Source: Raillietiella orientalis (Eukaryota). From it: a DNA stretch of 64,000 bases. The stretch spans positions 1,240,001 to 1,304,000 of the forward strand of contig JAYWIR010000005.1 in NCBI GenBank assembly GCA_036172245.1, written 5' to 3'. How positions within the stretch are numbered: position 1 is the first letter of the stretch; each line of letters starts with the position of its first letter. The translations under genes and the position numbers were made by a program. The notes beneath the pieces were generated by a model that was not told the origin of the DNA, ran no database searches, and was given only the letters and a program-made list of their open reading frames with translations. Below are positions 34,191 through 46,291 of this stretch, in pieces.

Positions 34191-37100
34191 TTTCTAATTT
34201 GACTAAAAATACACAGTATGCTTACGCTATCTGAAAAAATGAAATGGACTATTGATTTGACATAAATTCACATCTATTGTTAATACATCAACTAAACAGG
34301 GAGCCGAATAATAATAAAAATGCAGAGTTTGAATATAATTATGCCTAATTATAACATTAAGTTCATCCATTGAGTCTATTAATCTTCTTCATTCTGCTTA
34401 ATAGTTCTACCCAAAACATGCATCTTGTTTTCGGTCAGCTTGATAACGTGTATGACCTAGTTTGGGTTTAGACACGAGCAATGTAATGCTCGATACTTCC
34501 GAATACCAAGAAACTATTAAAAACAGCAATGCTCAAAGCAACCGCCGCAAATCAAAGTTAAAATTTCAAGTCAATATTGCGAAACTTCCACAACAGACTT
34601 TCCGATTCAGTGAATACATCACAAGTAATGAAAATCAGAAAACTACTTTAATCACATGCATTAGAATGCTGCCGAAATTTCCAGTTTATGATCAGACACA
34701 TTCACCGAAAAATCCGTCGACTACAATGAACAACCACCCACAGCAATGCAATAATTGCACATGGAAAAGGAAGAAAAAAAAAACAAACAAACAAATACTT
34801 GGGAAATTCAATCAACAATCTGAAAACATTAAATACAAAGCTTTTCTCTCTCTCACTTTTTTTTTCCTTTTTTTTTTTTTAATACGCTTCTCGTCACACA
34901 CACACACACACACACACTACGGAGAGGGGAGGGGGAAGGGAAAAAAAAAACTATGTTGCATGCTACATTAGCTATCGCTAATTGGGAGCTCCTGTGCCCA
35001 AGCACCAAGTGTTTTGTCTGATCAGCATCCACAAGCACAGATGCAAATATTTTGGAAAAGTTTTCTCGTATCGATTCTCGCACTGTCTCAACATGCAGCT
35101 GCACAATAATTCGGAAATCTCAATGCTCTCACAATTATTATCCCCTGCACAATTCAGGAGTTACTTATCGTTCTCCACGTTTATTCTATTTTGAAAAGAA
35201 AGCATGCGGCCTTTCGTTTCTTCCCTGAAGATATGCTCTTCCGAATTTATTTATTTTTTTCTTGCAATTTGCAGGAAAGAAGTTTTTGCAGTGAGAATGG
35301 AATTCCTACATTTCTCAAAGCTGCAAGAGTAGGCGTGCAGATTCTGTTGCTAAACACAATCGGATCTGTGAACCCGATGCAAAAGATGCCAAACCTGGGC
35401 AATGTTTTCAGTCTTCAGAAGCACTTATGCCCTGTGAATTTCACGGGAAACACGAAAAATGCAGATGCCATGATAAACTAATAGCATCACATTTCCAGGG
35501 GGAAAAAGGAAGAAAAAAAAAAAAGTTCTTTTCTTGGCAATATCGCAAGACAAGTTTGTGCATCAAGAACCTATTTCACTTGGATTATTGCATCGAATGC
35601 ATTTTTTTCCCCCTTCGTTTTCAGCTCTGATCGTGACATTTCTGTAACATTTAGATCTGCATTAATCAACTTTCCATGCCTGGCACGATAGAGATTTTGC
35701 ACTCCATATGCCTTGCATCGAAAAGTTATGACAATTCGATATCAATAGACAAAATCTTGCAAGGAGACTTGAGAAATTCGCTAGAGGGTCCTCAAGTCTG
35801 TGTCACAGTGTCGTGTTGCACTATTTTTTTAAAAAGATAGTACATGTCTCTTAACCACGGAATTGTGAACAAGAAAAACGAAGCTTCTTCAAATAAAATA
35901 AGACAACAGGGATCACATGGATCAGCATAGGAAAGGGATTAAACCTAACAGTGATTTCTGAATTATCAATTTTCATAAGATTTAAGAAAGACATCCTATA
36001 TACAGCAGATGACAGAGCACAGAAACATCATCAACAACAACAAAATATGGTTTTTTTGCTCTAGTCCTTCCTATCACAACATTCAATTTCTTGATTTCCT
36101 TCCATGCCCGACTTCAAATGTTACAACAGTAAAGAAATTGTTCTCATCATTATGATTTGGATTCCTAACATGCCCCCATTCTACAAGTTCTGCTTCTGCA
36201 TGCATGAACAACAGTACCGTATACTTAGTAAAGAAAAAACAGCACTGTTCAATGAATTAGAAATTCCTTCGGTGTAAACTTTCCAATAACTCTTCAGTTT
36301 CAAAATTTCGAAAAATTCTCGGATATAAATGTATACACATGACTTAAATATCTGAGTAAAAATAATATTAATAATACTTTGGAAAAACTCAATAAAATAG
36401 TGGTCGGGAAACGGATGACACTTAGTAGATGGCATTCATGCTTGAGTATTTGAATTATGCACAGACCAGAACAGTGAAGACAAGTGCTACCAAACTAAAA
36501 GCTGGTTTATAGCTGAAATCCTGCATGCCGTTCAGAAAGCTTAAATTTCCAAATCTCTACACAGGAAAACCAAATGTTGCTATAAATGAAAACCAACATG
36601 GCCATCCGAGGCACAGATGTTTGAAGAATTTATAATAAATAAATACATATTCGGACTTTACATCGTTTCCCTTCTTATCAAAAAGAAAATATTTTTCGAG
36701 TTGTGGAACCTATAAGGAAAAAATATCTGAATGGCTAATAGTCTAATCCCAAAAAAATAACTTTGCACTGTTGCAAGTTCTTTTTTCTTCTGTTTGTGTT
36801 TCTCTAATTTTTTTTTTTTTTTCCTTCATAGTAGACTTTTGATCGAGAGATCAGCTGTGCAGAGGTGCTTCAAAACATATGCTCCAAGAGATCATTAACT
36901 CAAGTAATCATGAAACAATGGGAAATTGACAGCACTCTTGATTTTAAAGCCACCTATGCTGGCATGCAAAGACATTCATCTATTTAAGGTATAGATAAAA
37001 TAAACCACAAATGGTGAATTCTAAAGGACTTGAAAGGCAAGAATTTGAAGCATAATAACTGATAAATCTCGGAGAACATCAAATATAACCCTATTTTATA

Positions 37101-38693
37101 CATGGGTTTCGATTAAAGTAGATGTGCTTCGATTGTATAGAATCAATTCTTAATGATGGTAAGAAAGATTGCATAGCAGCTCCCAAGTTCACAGTAATTG
37201 GGAATGGAAAAGTAATTTTATAATAGGCAAAGTAATTCAGCTGACAAAATATTCCAGCAGTCGTTATAATTAGACTCTAAACCGCATATGTTTTCAGTTC
37301 TTTTGATTTTAACTGAGTTTCATTTCAAAACACGCTCTTTATGCTATTAATGAGAAAAAATTGCAAATACAAAGAAACTTGATCATAGTCTTACAAAGCA
37401 ATGTGCAAGCAAAAGTACAACATCAATTCAAAATTGAACCCATTTGATATTACAACTATTTGAAAACAAAAATAAGAGTGGTGCACGGGCGTACAGATGG
37501 AAAAAAGTCAAATTGCCATTTCGTAGTAGTAAATCAAGATCCATAAGTAAAAGGTAAAAGCATCTTACAAATACAAAATATACAAAATTATTTCATATGA
37601 TAATTTGCTTTCATGGAAAGCCATGTACAAACAACAAAGTAAATCATATTTCATTAGAAATTATGTGAATTGGTATTAATTGTAGCAATTCTGAATTTCA
37701 GCATTCTAATATTCCAAAGATACAATGAAACATGATACAGGATTAAAGCAGCCATAGAAAGTATGTTGGGATTTGCAAAGGGAGATCTTCAAATCTTGTT
37801 AAAAGCTTGTTTTTGAGTCATCAGAGTAGCTCACGCACGTAAATCTTTGAAAAACTAATCGTAACATCTAATTAGTAATAATAGGTTACTTTTCTTAAGT
37901 AAAAAGAAATTTTTTTTTCGAAACAATAAAAAACAAGAGGAGGAAATTGTCTTTCCCATTGCTTTTAATGCTTTTAAAAAAATGAATAACAAAAAACATT
38001 CCTTGGAGATAGCATGAAGGTTAAATTAGTACAATTTGCATTTTTTTGTTGCGATCGACTTTGACTGTTCTATTAACTGGTAAATGTCTTGGACTAATCT
38101 ACTGTTAGCTTTTGTTTTTTGTTTTAACATTTAGCAGGTATACGAGCTTTACTCAGGTAAAGTGCTCATATGGAAAAATCATCTGCATGAAATAAGAAAA
38201 GTTAGTAGTGCAAACAAAACGTGCATTGCAGCGCTTATCTTGATGCTGATGCTGCATTGCTGCATTTACATTTAAGATGAATTACTATAGCACTGTGGTT
38301 ACCGATTTCTGGTGCTGAATATTAATCACTTAAAAAAAATCTTTGAGATGGCTATGTTTTGAAACCAATCAGTAATCAAAGTATGAATATTAATGTAGAA
38401 ACGATGATTGCTTTTTTTTTTAAGGAAGATTGTTACTGAAACTGAAGGGAGATTTATGTTAAAAAATTACACGTAATTGAGAATTTTTGTGTACCTGGCA
38501 ATCGTTTTAAAAGTTAAGCTTGTACGTTATTTCAAATTAATTGATAGTTTTTGGGTAATCCTCCCAAATTAGCGTATTTATGGAGATACACGTATGATAG
38601 GCAAACGGTAGCAGGCAAGGAAATGGTAATTTGTTTCAGTTAAGGTTCAAAAAAATAACTGCGTAATTAAGTTTAAATCACATAAAATCCTTC

Positions 38694-38720
38694 GTCACGT
38701 GACCACGCTAGCGCCATTTT
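38694..38720 (+). promoter_or_regulatory. Putative promoter elements: GTCACGTGAC palindromic E-box and YY1-like GCGCCATTTT
   Basis: Motifs at 38694-38703 and 38711-38720 in a local CpG-containing patch about 150 nt upstream of the ATG at 38857. A similar GTCACGTG lies at 31846, upstream of XXYLT1. Confidence 0.4.
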
Positions 38721-38856
38721 ATTATACCGGCGAGAAAAAACAATGTTTGAAACGTATATTTGTAAAAGGCAATTGTGTAATTTATTGAATTATTACAACG
38801 TTGTGCGTGTGTGTGTGTTTTGAACTAGTTGTGTGAAATACTATTTGCATAGTAAG

Positions 38857-41800
38857 ATGTCGGAAAGCACAACAGAGCCTTACAGTCAAAATGCAATCGA
38901 AAATCAGGTAAGCCATTAATTAGCCAAGAATATTTACAAATTTAAGAAAAGAATAAATACCAGTGATTCATTCGATTAAAGACCTTTGACTATAACTGGG
39001 AATGAAGCAGTGGAGTGTCTTGTGAATTGGTTAGGGAAATTTCTTTGTTTTATTACTTGAGTTTCAGTTGAATTCAACAGTTGCAGAGGTGCAGCACATC
39101 TGTTGTATGTGTTTTTCAACGCATAGTTTTTCATGAAGTAGTGAATAATTCCCCGAGTCTTGATTACAGTTTGCATGCAGGTTTACATTTACGGTACACT
39201 ACATTTGTGTATTTTATCAGTCAGATTTCATGACCTGTGTCCACCTTGTTTTTTGGAGGGCGGTAATTTTCATTCGACGTTACAGTTATTTACTTTAGCT
39301 TAAATTAGCCATTTTTTTCGTGAAACGGGAGCTCCAAATTTGCAAATCAGTGCAGTGCTGATTAAGGTGTTCATTTGATGACTTATCAGTTTTCTATACA
39401 GTAAAATGCTGTATAGAAAATTAATCCAACTTTTGCCAAATTGAAAATTGATTAAATATTTACCGAGCAACTTTGAATGGTTGCGACAATTGGATGTCTT
39501 TTAGCATATTGTTGTCCATGTCCAGTATTTAAAGTGGTCTTTAGGTTTGAGAATTGAGACCTTCAACAACAGTTTTAGGTTTAGTCACCATGATTGTAAT
39601 GGTTTTTGCTTCAATGTATGGGTTGAGGTTCACATTCAGCAGTGTAATTTTGGTCCAGTATGTTCTGTGAATCATTGATCTGAAGAAAAAGTAACTTTTA
39701 TATAGTTTTACAGTTTTTGTTTGCATTTTCCATTAATGAAGGAAGTTTAGGAGATCAAGTTGCGAGCTGAAAAATTCCAGAGTAATGAGTGTTTCTAAAA
39801 ATAAACTGTGTGTCACTTTCAAAAGCTTGCTGATGTTGATGAAACAAGTAGCAATAGCAGTTTTGAATTTAAATAATTATATGCATGTTTATTTTTTTAC
39901 ATGAGTCTTACTTAATTGCATGCACTTTAGTTGCATGTGATTTCTACCTGCTTATCACCTAACCTTGAGGCTGTAGGGCCTGATAGCTTCCAGAGAGTGG
40001 TTTGTTATGATTTTGACTATCCAATGGATACAAAGGCATAGAAAAACATTTCTATGCCTTTCTATGAGAACCGTGAATAACAATTTAAAAATTTGTTAAC
40101 TTTGATTGTAGAGTAATTCCTTTTCATGTCAGTGTACATTCATGTGTTCTCATGTGCCTTTACTATTTTTTGTTAAAAATTACTGACGTTTTTTTTAGCA
40201 AAAAATATACGGGTTTGATAGGAAAAATCGGTTGTGGAAATGGTTGTAATGGATACAGTTTGTGATCTGCATAATCCTCGAGTCTTGCCGAGTGCTTTTG
40301 TTTTTATGATTGTATTCAATTTAGACAGAAACTTGAAATGTATGTAAAAAATGCATCTTTCAAGAAAAATTAGATGAGTTTTTAGATGTGTTTAGTTAGC
40401 ATTCGATACAAAATGCTTCCGATCAAAAAATTCAAGTAGTTGTAGTTCTTCGAAAAAGTACATCATAGTAATTTTTGATGTACTCTTGTCAAAACTATTG
40501 GTGGATGATGCAGGTAAATATTCCACATTGTGGAGTTATCTTGCACGAAATAAAAAAATATGTACATTTTTATTTTTCTGTGTAGAGGTATCCATAGGTA
40601 CATATATTTTCTCGTTTTTCTTACGTATCATATCTTTTCCCTTCCGTATCGTTCCGTACGTATCCATGAGCCATGCTGAGCGGTGCCTGAAAACCCTCAT
40701 ATCGTTCATAGGGCAGCATCGTGTGGCTGTGGATGGATCATCAGCGCTTAATTAAGTTTCTTTGAGATCATTTGCCCCCCTCCCTAAATTTTTTTCCGGG
40801 GGGTGGGGGGTGGTTGGAATTGTTCGTCAAGTTTGGGGGGATTCCGGGGAATTGTGTCAGCGTGCCACGACTGTTGCGGCTCACCGAACGCACGTCGTAC
40901 TTGGCCGTCGCTATGGTCCGTGTGTTGCGCAATGTGATTGTTTCTTCGTGCTCGAGCCGCGCGCATTGTTGCTCACAGCGCGGCCTGCATAAGCGGGAAA
41001 GTGGTCCACGAGGAAGCTGTTCCCGGAAGATCCCCCCTCCCCTCGCACGATTTGTAGGTCCCAGGAAGGAGAACGTGTGTGTGTGGGCCCAGGCAGCCTC
41101 AGAGTCAGAGTTCTCGCCGGTGGAAAACCAGCTTGCCACTTCAAGATCCCCCCCCCCCCCCCCAATATCGAGAGCCTAAACATCAGCCTCCTCCTCCTCC
41201 TCCTCCTCCTCCTCCTCCTCCCCCCCTCTCCATTTTTTTTGCACGTCAAGTGATTTCAGAGTGCTGCTGCTGCAACTGGTTTTGCATATGGCTGTGGACA
41301 CATTTGTACTGTCCTCGCCTCTGTGACCTGCAATAAATGTCAGCTCGCGTAGTTCCCGCTTGCATCAGGTTTTATAAAGCAGTAGCGCGTGCCTGGAAGT
41401 TCACGTCGGCTGATCGCACAAATATGCATTCCGTGTAAATCCCCCCCCCCCCACAACTTATCGGGTCTACATGATGGTTTTGCGTAGCCTGCTTAGCTAT
41501 TCCGTTATTTCGGATCACCGAGTTTGTAAATGAGTACTTGAGCTAAGAGTTCTCAAGTTTCTGATTGGCTCATTTGTGCATGAATTTCATAAACTAATTC
41601 ATTGCTTTGAAATCGTATCCTATTTAATCATGTAAGCGCTCAAATTAGTTTGATCGTTGTTGCTTTTTTTTTGTGTGTATGTCATGTTTTTCTCATTTAA
41701 TGAGAAATGTGCACCACCATATTGTTCTTTATAATTCTTTGTTTAGAGTAGTATAGTTGTTAATTTGGTTTTCTAGTGCAAGTTTCTTTGGTTCATTTTT

Positions 41801-42697
41801 ATGTGCTTTCATACAAGGAACCAATTATTTTCAATTTTTTTTTTTATTTATTTAGGATGCTGATGCATTTGTCATAGAAAAAGTTTCACAAAATGTAGAA
41901 GACTCACCAAACAAACTTGACACACTAGTGCAGGTGAGGCATGAGTCCGTAATCTGATAATGTGATTTGTAAAGACTCTCCAGAATGCAAGTGATCATCA
42001 AATTAAAGAAGAAGATAAAACACCTAAGAGCAAACGAAGTTCAAAAAGAATTTCCGTAACAGCTCGTATTAAAAGAGAAGCTGAGTCAATATTAAAAGTA
42101 CGCTAAACTTTGCCAATCCTGAAAGGTAAATTTGTCTCAGGAATTAGGTCAGCAAGATGCTGGAGAAGAAGTTGAAGGGAGACGTAGAACTAGATCTTCC
42201 ACAAGGGGAAGACTAACCCCACCACCACCACCAGTAAAAAAAGAAAAGCGGTCATCTACCCGCACCCCATCTGGTGAAGCATCAACGAAAGGAAGGCGGT
42301 CAAAGAAAAAAATATCAGAATCTGATGAAGCAGCTAACGGTACCTCAGATAAATCTATTGACAGCCAAGAAAAAGGTGAATCTGAAGAAGAACAATTGCT
42401 TAAAGTCCCTGAAGGTGTAAGCCAGTCTTCTGAACGTGTTGAGGTTATTGATGGAAATCAGCAACAATCAGAAGCTCTACAGCAAGAAGTGAGCTGTAAA
42501 GAAAAAAGTTTCTTTATTTCTGTATGTTCCACCAGGATGTGAGGGAAACTGCAGCAGCAGTAGAAGTCAACTCCTTGTCTGACGTTGGTAAATTGCCCAC
42601 TGACACAAATGGAGAAGCTCCTAATTCGGAGGTTGATGCACTGGAGGAGCAGTGTGACACTACCCCCACCTCAGAGATGGATGGACACATGGCCTAG
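38857..42697 (+). CDS. Uncharacterised ~250-aa disordered, probably nuclear protein (basic RRRTRSSTRG/PPPPPVKKEKR core, acidic tail)
   Basis: Exons 38857-38907, 41856-41933, 41984-42097, 42141-42488 and 42536-42697 are all phase 0 with GT-AG boundaries; the last three introns are 50, 43 and 47 nt; total 753 nt. The first exon is less certain. Confidence 0.78.
41187..41222 (+). repeat. (CCT)n microsatellite in an intron
   Basis: About 11-12 CCT units next to poly-C tracts. Confidence 0.9.
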
Positions 42698-44329
42698 TGA
42701 TTTGTTTGAAGTGTCTTGCCATATCTGAAGAACCTGTGAGTGGTCACTAGCTCAGGTTGCCCCTGCATATTCAGACACCATTGTAGGTGCAGAACAATGT
42801 GCTATATGGAGGACATGTAACTGTTTTATTGTTGTACAGTCCCAAATTTGCCCCTACAGCCCATTCCCCCAGCATCTGGAGAGACTTCCATTGCATTCCA
42901 TTAAATGGATGCTTATCTGTGTCTGTAGCATAGATTAATAATAAATAACTGTAGCTTCATTTGGAAGTACGGAGTTTATTAATATGTGCTGTTTATTAAG
43001 AATTTTGGGGGGCCTTATATTATGCTGGTATTTCTTAGTTTATTTATGAATATGCACATAATTTTTTCTCTGAGCATTTTTTTTCTTTTTGTTATTGAAT
43101 AGCCTAGTGAATGTCATTCTGATCTGTATTATCATTCAATTTTATAATTTGATTCTGATTAATGATATATATATATATATATATATTGACTGCTAATGTG
43201 ATACTTTAGTACTGCAGTTTGAGTAGTATGATTAGAAAATCACTGAAAAATATAACTTTATGATACAAGTGGCTTTGATGAGCCCTGAGCAGTTTTCTTG
43301 AAAGTCAGTTGTTGGGAACCTTGTAAAAATTGTTGTTTATTTATAATACATGATTTGAAATCTGAAAGATTGGGGTTGAATGTTTTTGACTTTTATTCGT
43401 AATGTCCACGCATAAATTCCGAACCACCTACTTTTCATTCCAGTCCTTACCCATTTGTTCATATGTATGAACTCCAATTTCGAATTTCCTCCCCATAAAA
43501 AAAAAAAACCTCCTTTGCTTAGAATTAGTCGATAACAAATTAATTTTCCGATCCCGATTCAGCATACAATTTCTGATGAATTACAAACACAAGTCACAGC
43601 AACTGTAATTTCCATCTGTAAGTAGTAATAATCAAGCTTTCCTTTTCAATTGAACCATTTCTTTGTTATCTTCCAGTAAGGAACCCCCCTCCCACGTAAC
43701 CCCCCACGTGGACGTTTGAAATGTTTTCAAGAAGTGTTTTCCTCGCTTTCCCCGATGAACCTCTCCACATTTTCATTTGTACGATTTCGTACTCCAGTTT
43801 TGTGCTCTTGGAGGAGTGAGGTTTCCCGAACAGCCAAACATGGGATTTTGGACGGTTTGGCACTTTTGGGTTTGTCCGGAGGGTGTTCTTCAAACAACCA
43901 GATTCGATCCATGGTTAGAGACAGAAAATTAGCTGAGTAACCAACACACAGACCGCATGGATGTTGCGAAACTGCTACGAATCGTTTTCGATTTCCTTTC
44001 ACAAACGCCGGCTGCATTGAAGTGTGCCGTCGAATTGCTGCGGGCAAAGGTACCCGCCGTGAGTTTCCAGTTCTTGTAAGAGGTACATCCTAGGGGTGGG
44101 GGGTGTCTCCTGTAATCCTAGGGGTGGATGGCGCTGGTTTCTGCTGCGCTTTTCTCCATTCTCAAGTGACCAGTTCACTGGTCACATACGAACCCTTGAA
44201 TCCCGTGCCAGCTTTTGTCGAAGGTTCTGGTTGCATCGTGCTGCTATTTTTTCACCTGGTCAAATTTAGGCTTCCCGTTGAATTCCTGCAAATTCGAACT
44301 GCTTTGATTTCTGATTCCTTGCTGCATGC

Positions 44330-45100
44330 CAGTAATTTTATTCCTTCGATTCTTAGCGATTCCGTTATTCCAGTGATGACTTCTATATTAGGAACGGATG
44401 CACGTGTTGATCCCGCGTAACCAAACCATGTCTTTGTCCATTGTGCTCATCGCATTCACCTAAACCACGCATCACCCCATTTAAATTACCCTCATTCATG
44501 CAAGCAGGTTGCGATTCGAGTATCCTGAATCTTGCTTCGCATCTGTCCTTGCTGCGGAAGTATCCGCCTAAATCGCAAGGACAGTGTTTACAAAATACGA
44601 TATGGGACAGCGCGACGATAGCTGCAAAAGATCTCGTCTGAAAAATTGCCGACAGTCGCGTCCTGAATAGTCCTGTGGTGCGTCGGGTGGGCGCATTCAA
44701 CAGGGTGCAGCCCGTGTGCGACATGCCTCCCCCGTGAGCATGTTTCCCGAGACTGTCTTAGGGCGAGTTTATCCAGTGTTGGATCCTGGATGCCCCTCCA
44801 TGGTCCTCCATTGCATGGCAAGCCATGCAATGGAGCACCTACGCCTTGCGGAAGGCCGGTGCATGAACACCACTGTCTCTTTGTGCATGCGATTTTTAAA
44901 AGACAACCGAAGAACCAGGGACCGAAGTCTCTCATCCCAATCCCTCGCGATGACTGGTGTGCGGTGGCATCGCTCGCCCCCGCCATCCCTACACTGATTC
45001 CCTGTTGGCAGCCTATCAATTGCCAGGAACCTTTCTGTCGGCGGGGCCTGCGGTTGCTGCGTCCTCCTCTGCCCACCTCCGAAAATCGGCAGCGTGGTGC
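44330..45100 (-). mobile_element. Highly degenerate copy of the same non-LTR family
   Basis: Minus-frame DATAHQSSRGI...LHGLPCN...CSRGRHVAHGLHPVECA resembles the family's DAxTP..GL / LHWGLxCN / CxRC...HLxxDC blocks. Confidence 0.4.
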
Positions 45101-46291
45101 CTGGCAAAGCTTTTGCGTTTTCTGTCAAAAATGCATGCAAAAAAAAAAAAAAGACACGACATCGTGTTTTCCGTCGGAGTGCTTAAACGGAGTGTCTTGC
45201 CTGCAGGCAGCTTCCTTGCCCGCACTCTTGATGTGCTGGTGAACCTCCCACGTGTTGGAACACGCGCGCGGCGTGCGCACCGTGCTGTGCGCAGCACGAA
45301 GGAACGCAACGAAGATGTGAACTCTGTTGCTGTTTGTCTTCACACATAAAATCGCAGATTTCATACTGGCAGACACATGTATGATTACCGGCAATTACAA
45401 GCATTCTGTCGATGCGCGTTTTCGGTGTTTCGAAGCCTTGAGATTTTCATTATCATTATTATTATTCACTTAAAGGTGAACCTTGTCGTCCTTGGCGTCG
45501 GCTCAAGTTGGGCGTGGTAGGCACAAAAGGGGGTGGTGGGTGACCACTTTAAGTTTAGGCCGCAAAGGTCAGTATTTCGTAACTTCCCGGTTATTGAGTA
45601 TTGAGTGATCTCGGGGCAAAAAAAAAAAAAAAAAAATGTGCATGCAAAACACTGAGCTTTTTCCTGCATTATTTTTTCCTTCCCCACTTGGTGCGAAGCG
45701 GCACTGGTACTTTCTTCTAACGTCTTCGACGATTTGGGGATTTGAAAAGGCAAAGTCCCGCGAACACGCAGAAAATCAAGCAAATCTCAAACAGTGTTAC
45801 CATGTAGGCATAAATGACTACAGCTTCCAGAAATCAAGCTAGCATTTTTTTTTTGTTGTTGTTGTAGAAAAGCAATATGAAGGAGCTTTCTCTGTATCCT
45901 AGAGGAATAATAATAGTACCAAGTTAATGCTGAGAATTTGTTTTTGTTTTTTTTAAAAAAAACAGCGGTCGAAATGAAAATACAGCACTCATCCCAGTCG
46001 TGCATGCAAGCGTATGCATGTACACACGTGACTTTACCTCTTCGAGTTATAGCGGATACTTCAAAAAGAAAAAAAGCGCTGAACTTTACTCCAGCATGAT
46101 ACCGTGAGTGTCGAATGCAAGTGCAACTGTAAGGTAAATTAAACATCCGACACGAAAGCAGAGAGAGCTTTCATGGAATCCTCGTCTGTTTTGAGCAAAA
46201 GCCAAACAATGATGCAGGTTAATGATCCAGCAAGATGCATGCGATATTGGCTTTCGGCGATTTCTATTGGCTCCGGTGCAATAAATGGTAT

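Noticed and set aside
34194..34239. TTTTTTCAG acceptor, 5-nt micro-exon and 32-nt intron (or a trans-splice site) upstream of the PSMB6 ATG on the minus strand
   Set aside because: 32 nt is below every other intron seen here and the motifs are short. It cannot be supported without transcripts.
34400..38600. Short ORFs and exon-like segments in the AT-rich interval
   Set aside because: No phase-consistent model and no recognisable product.
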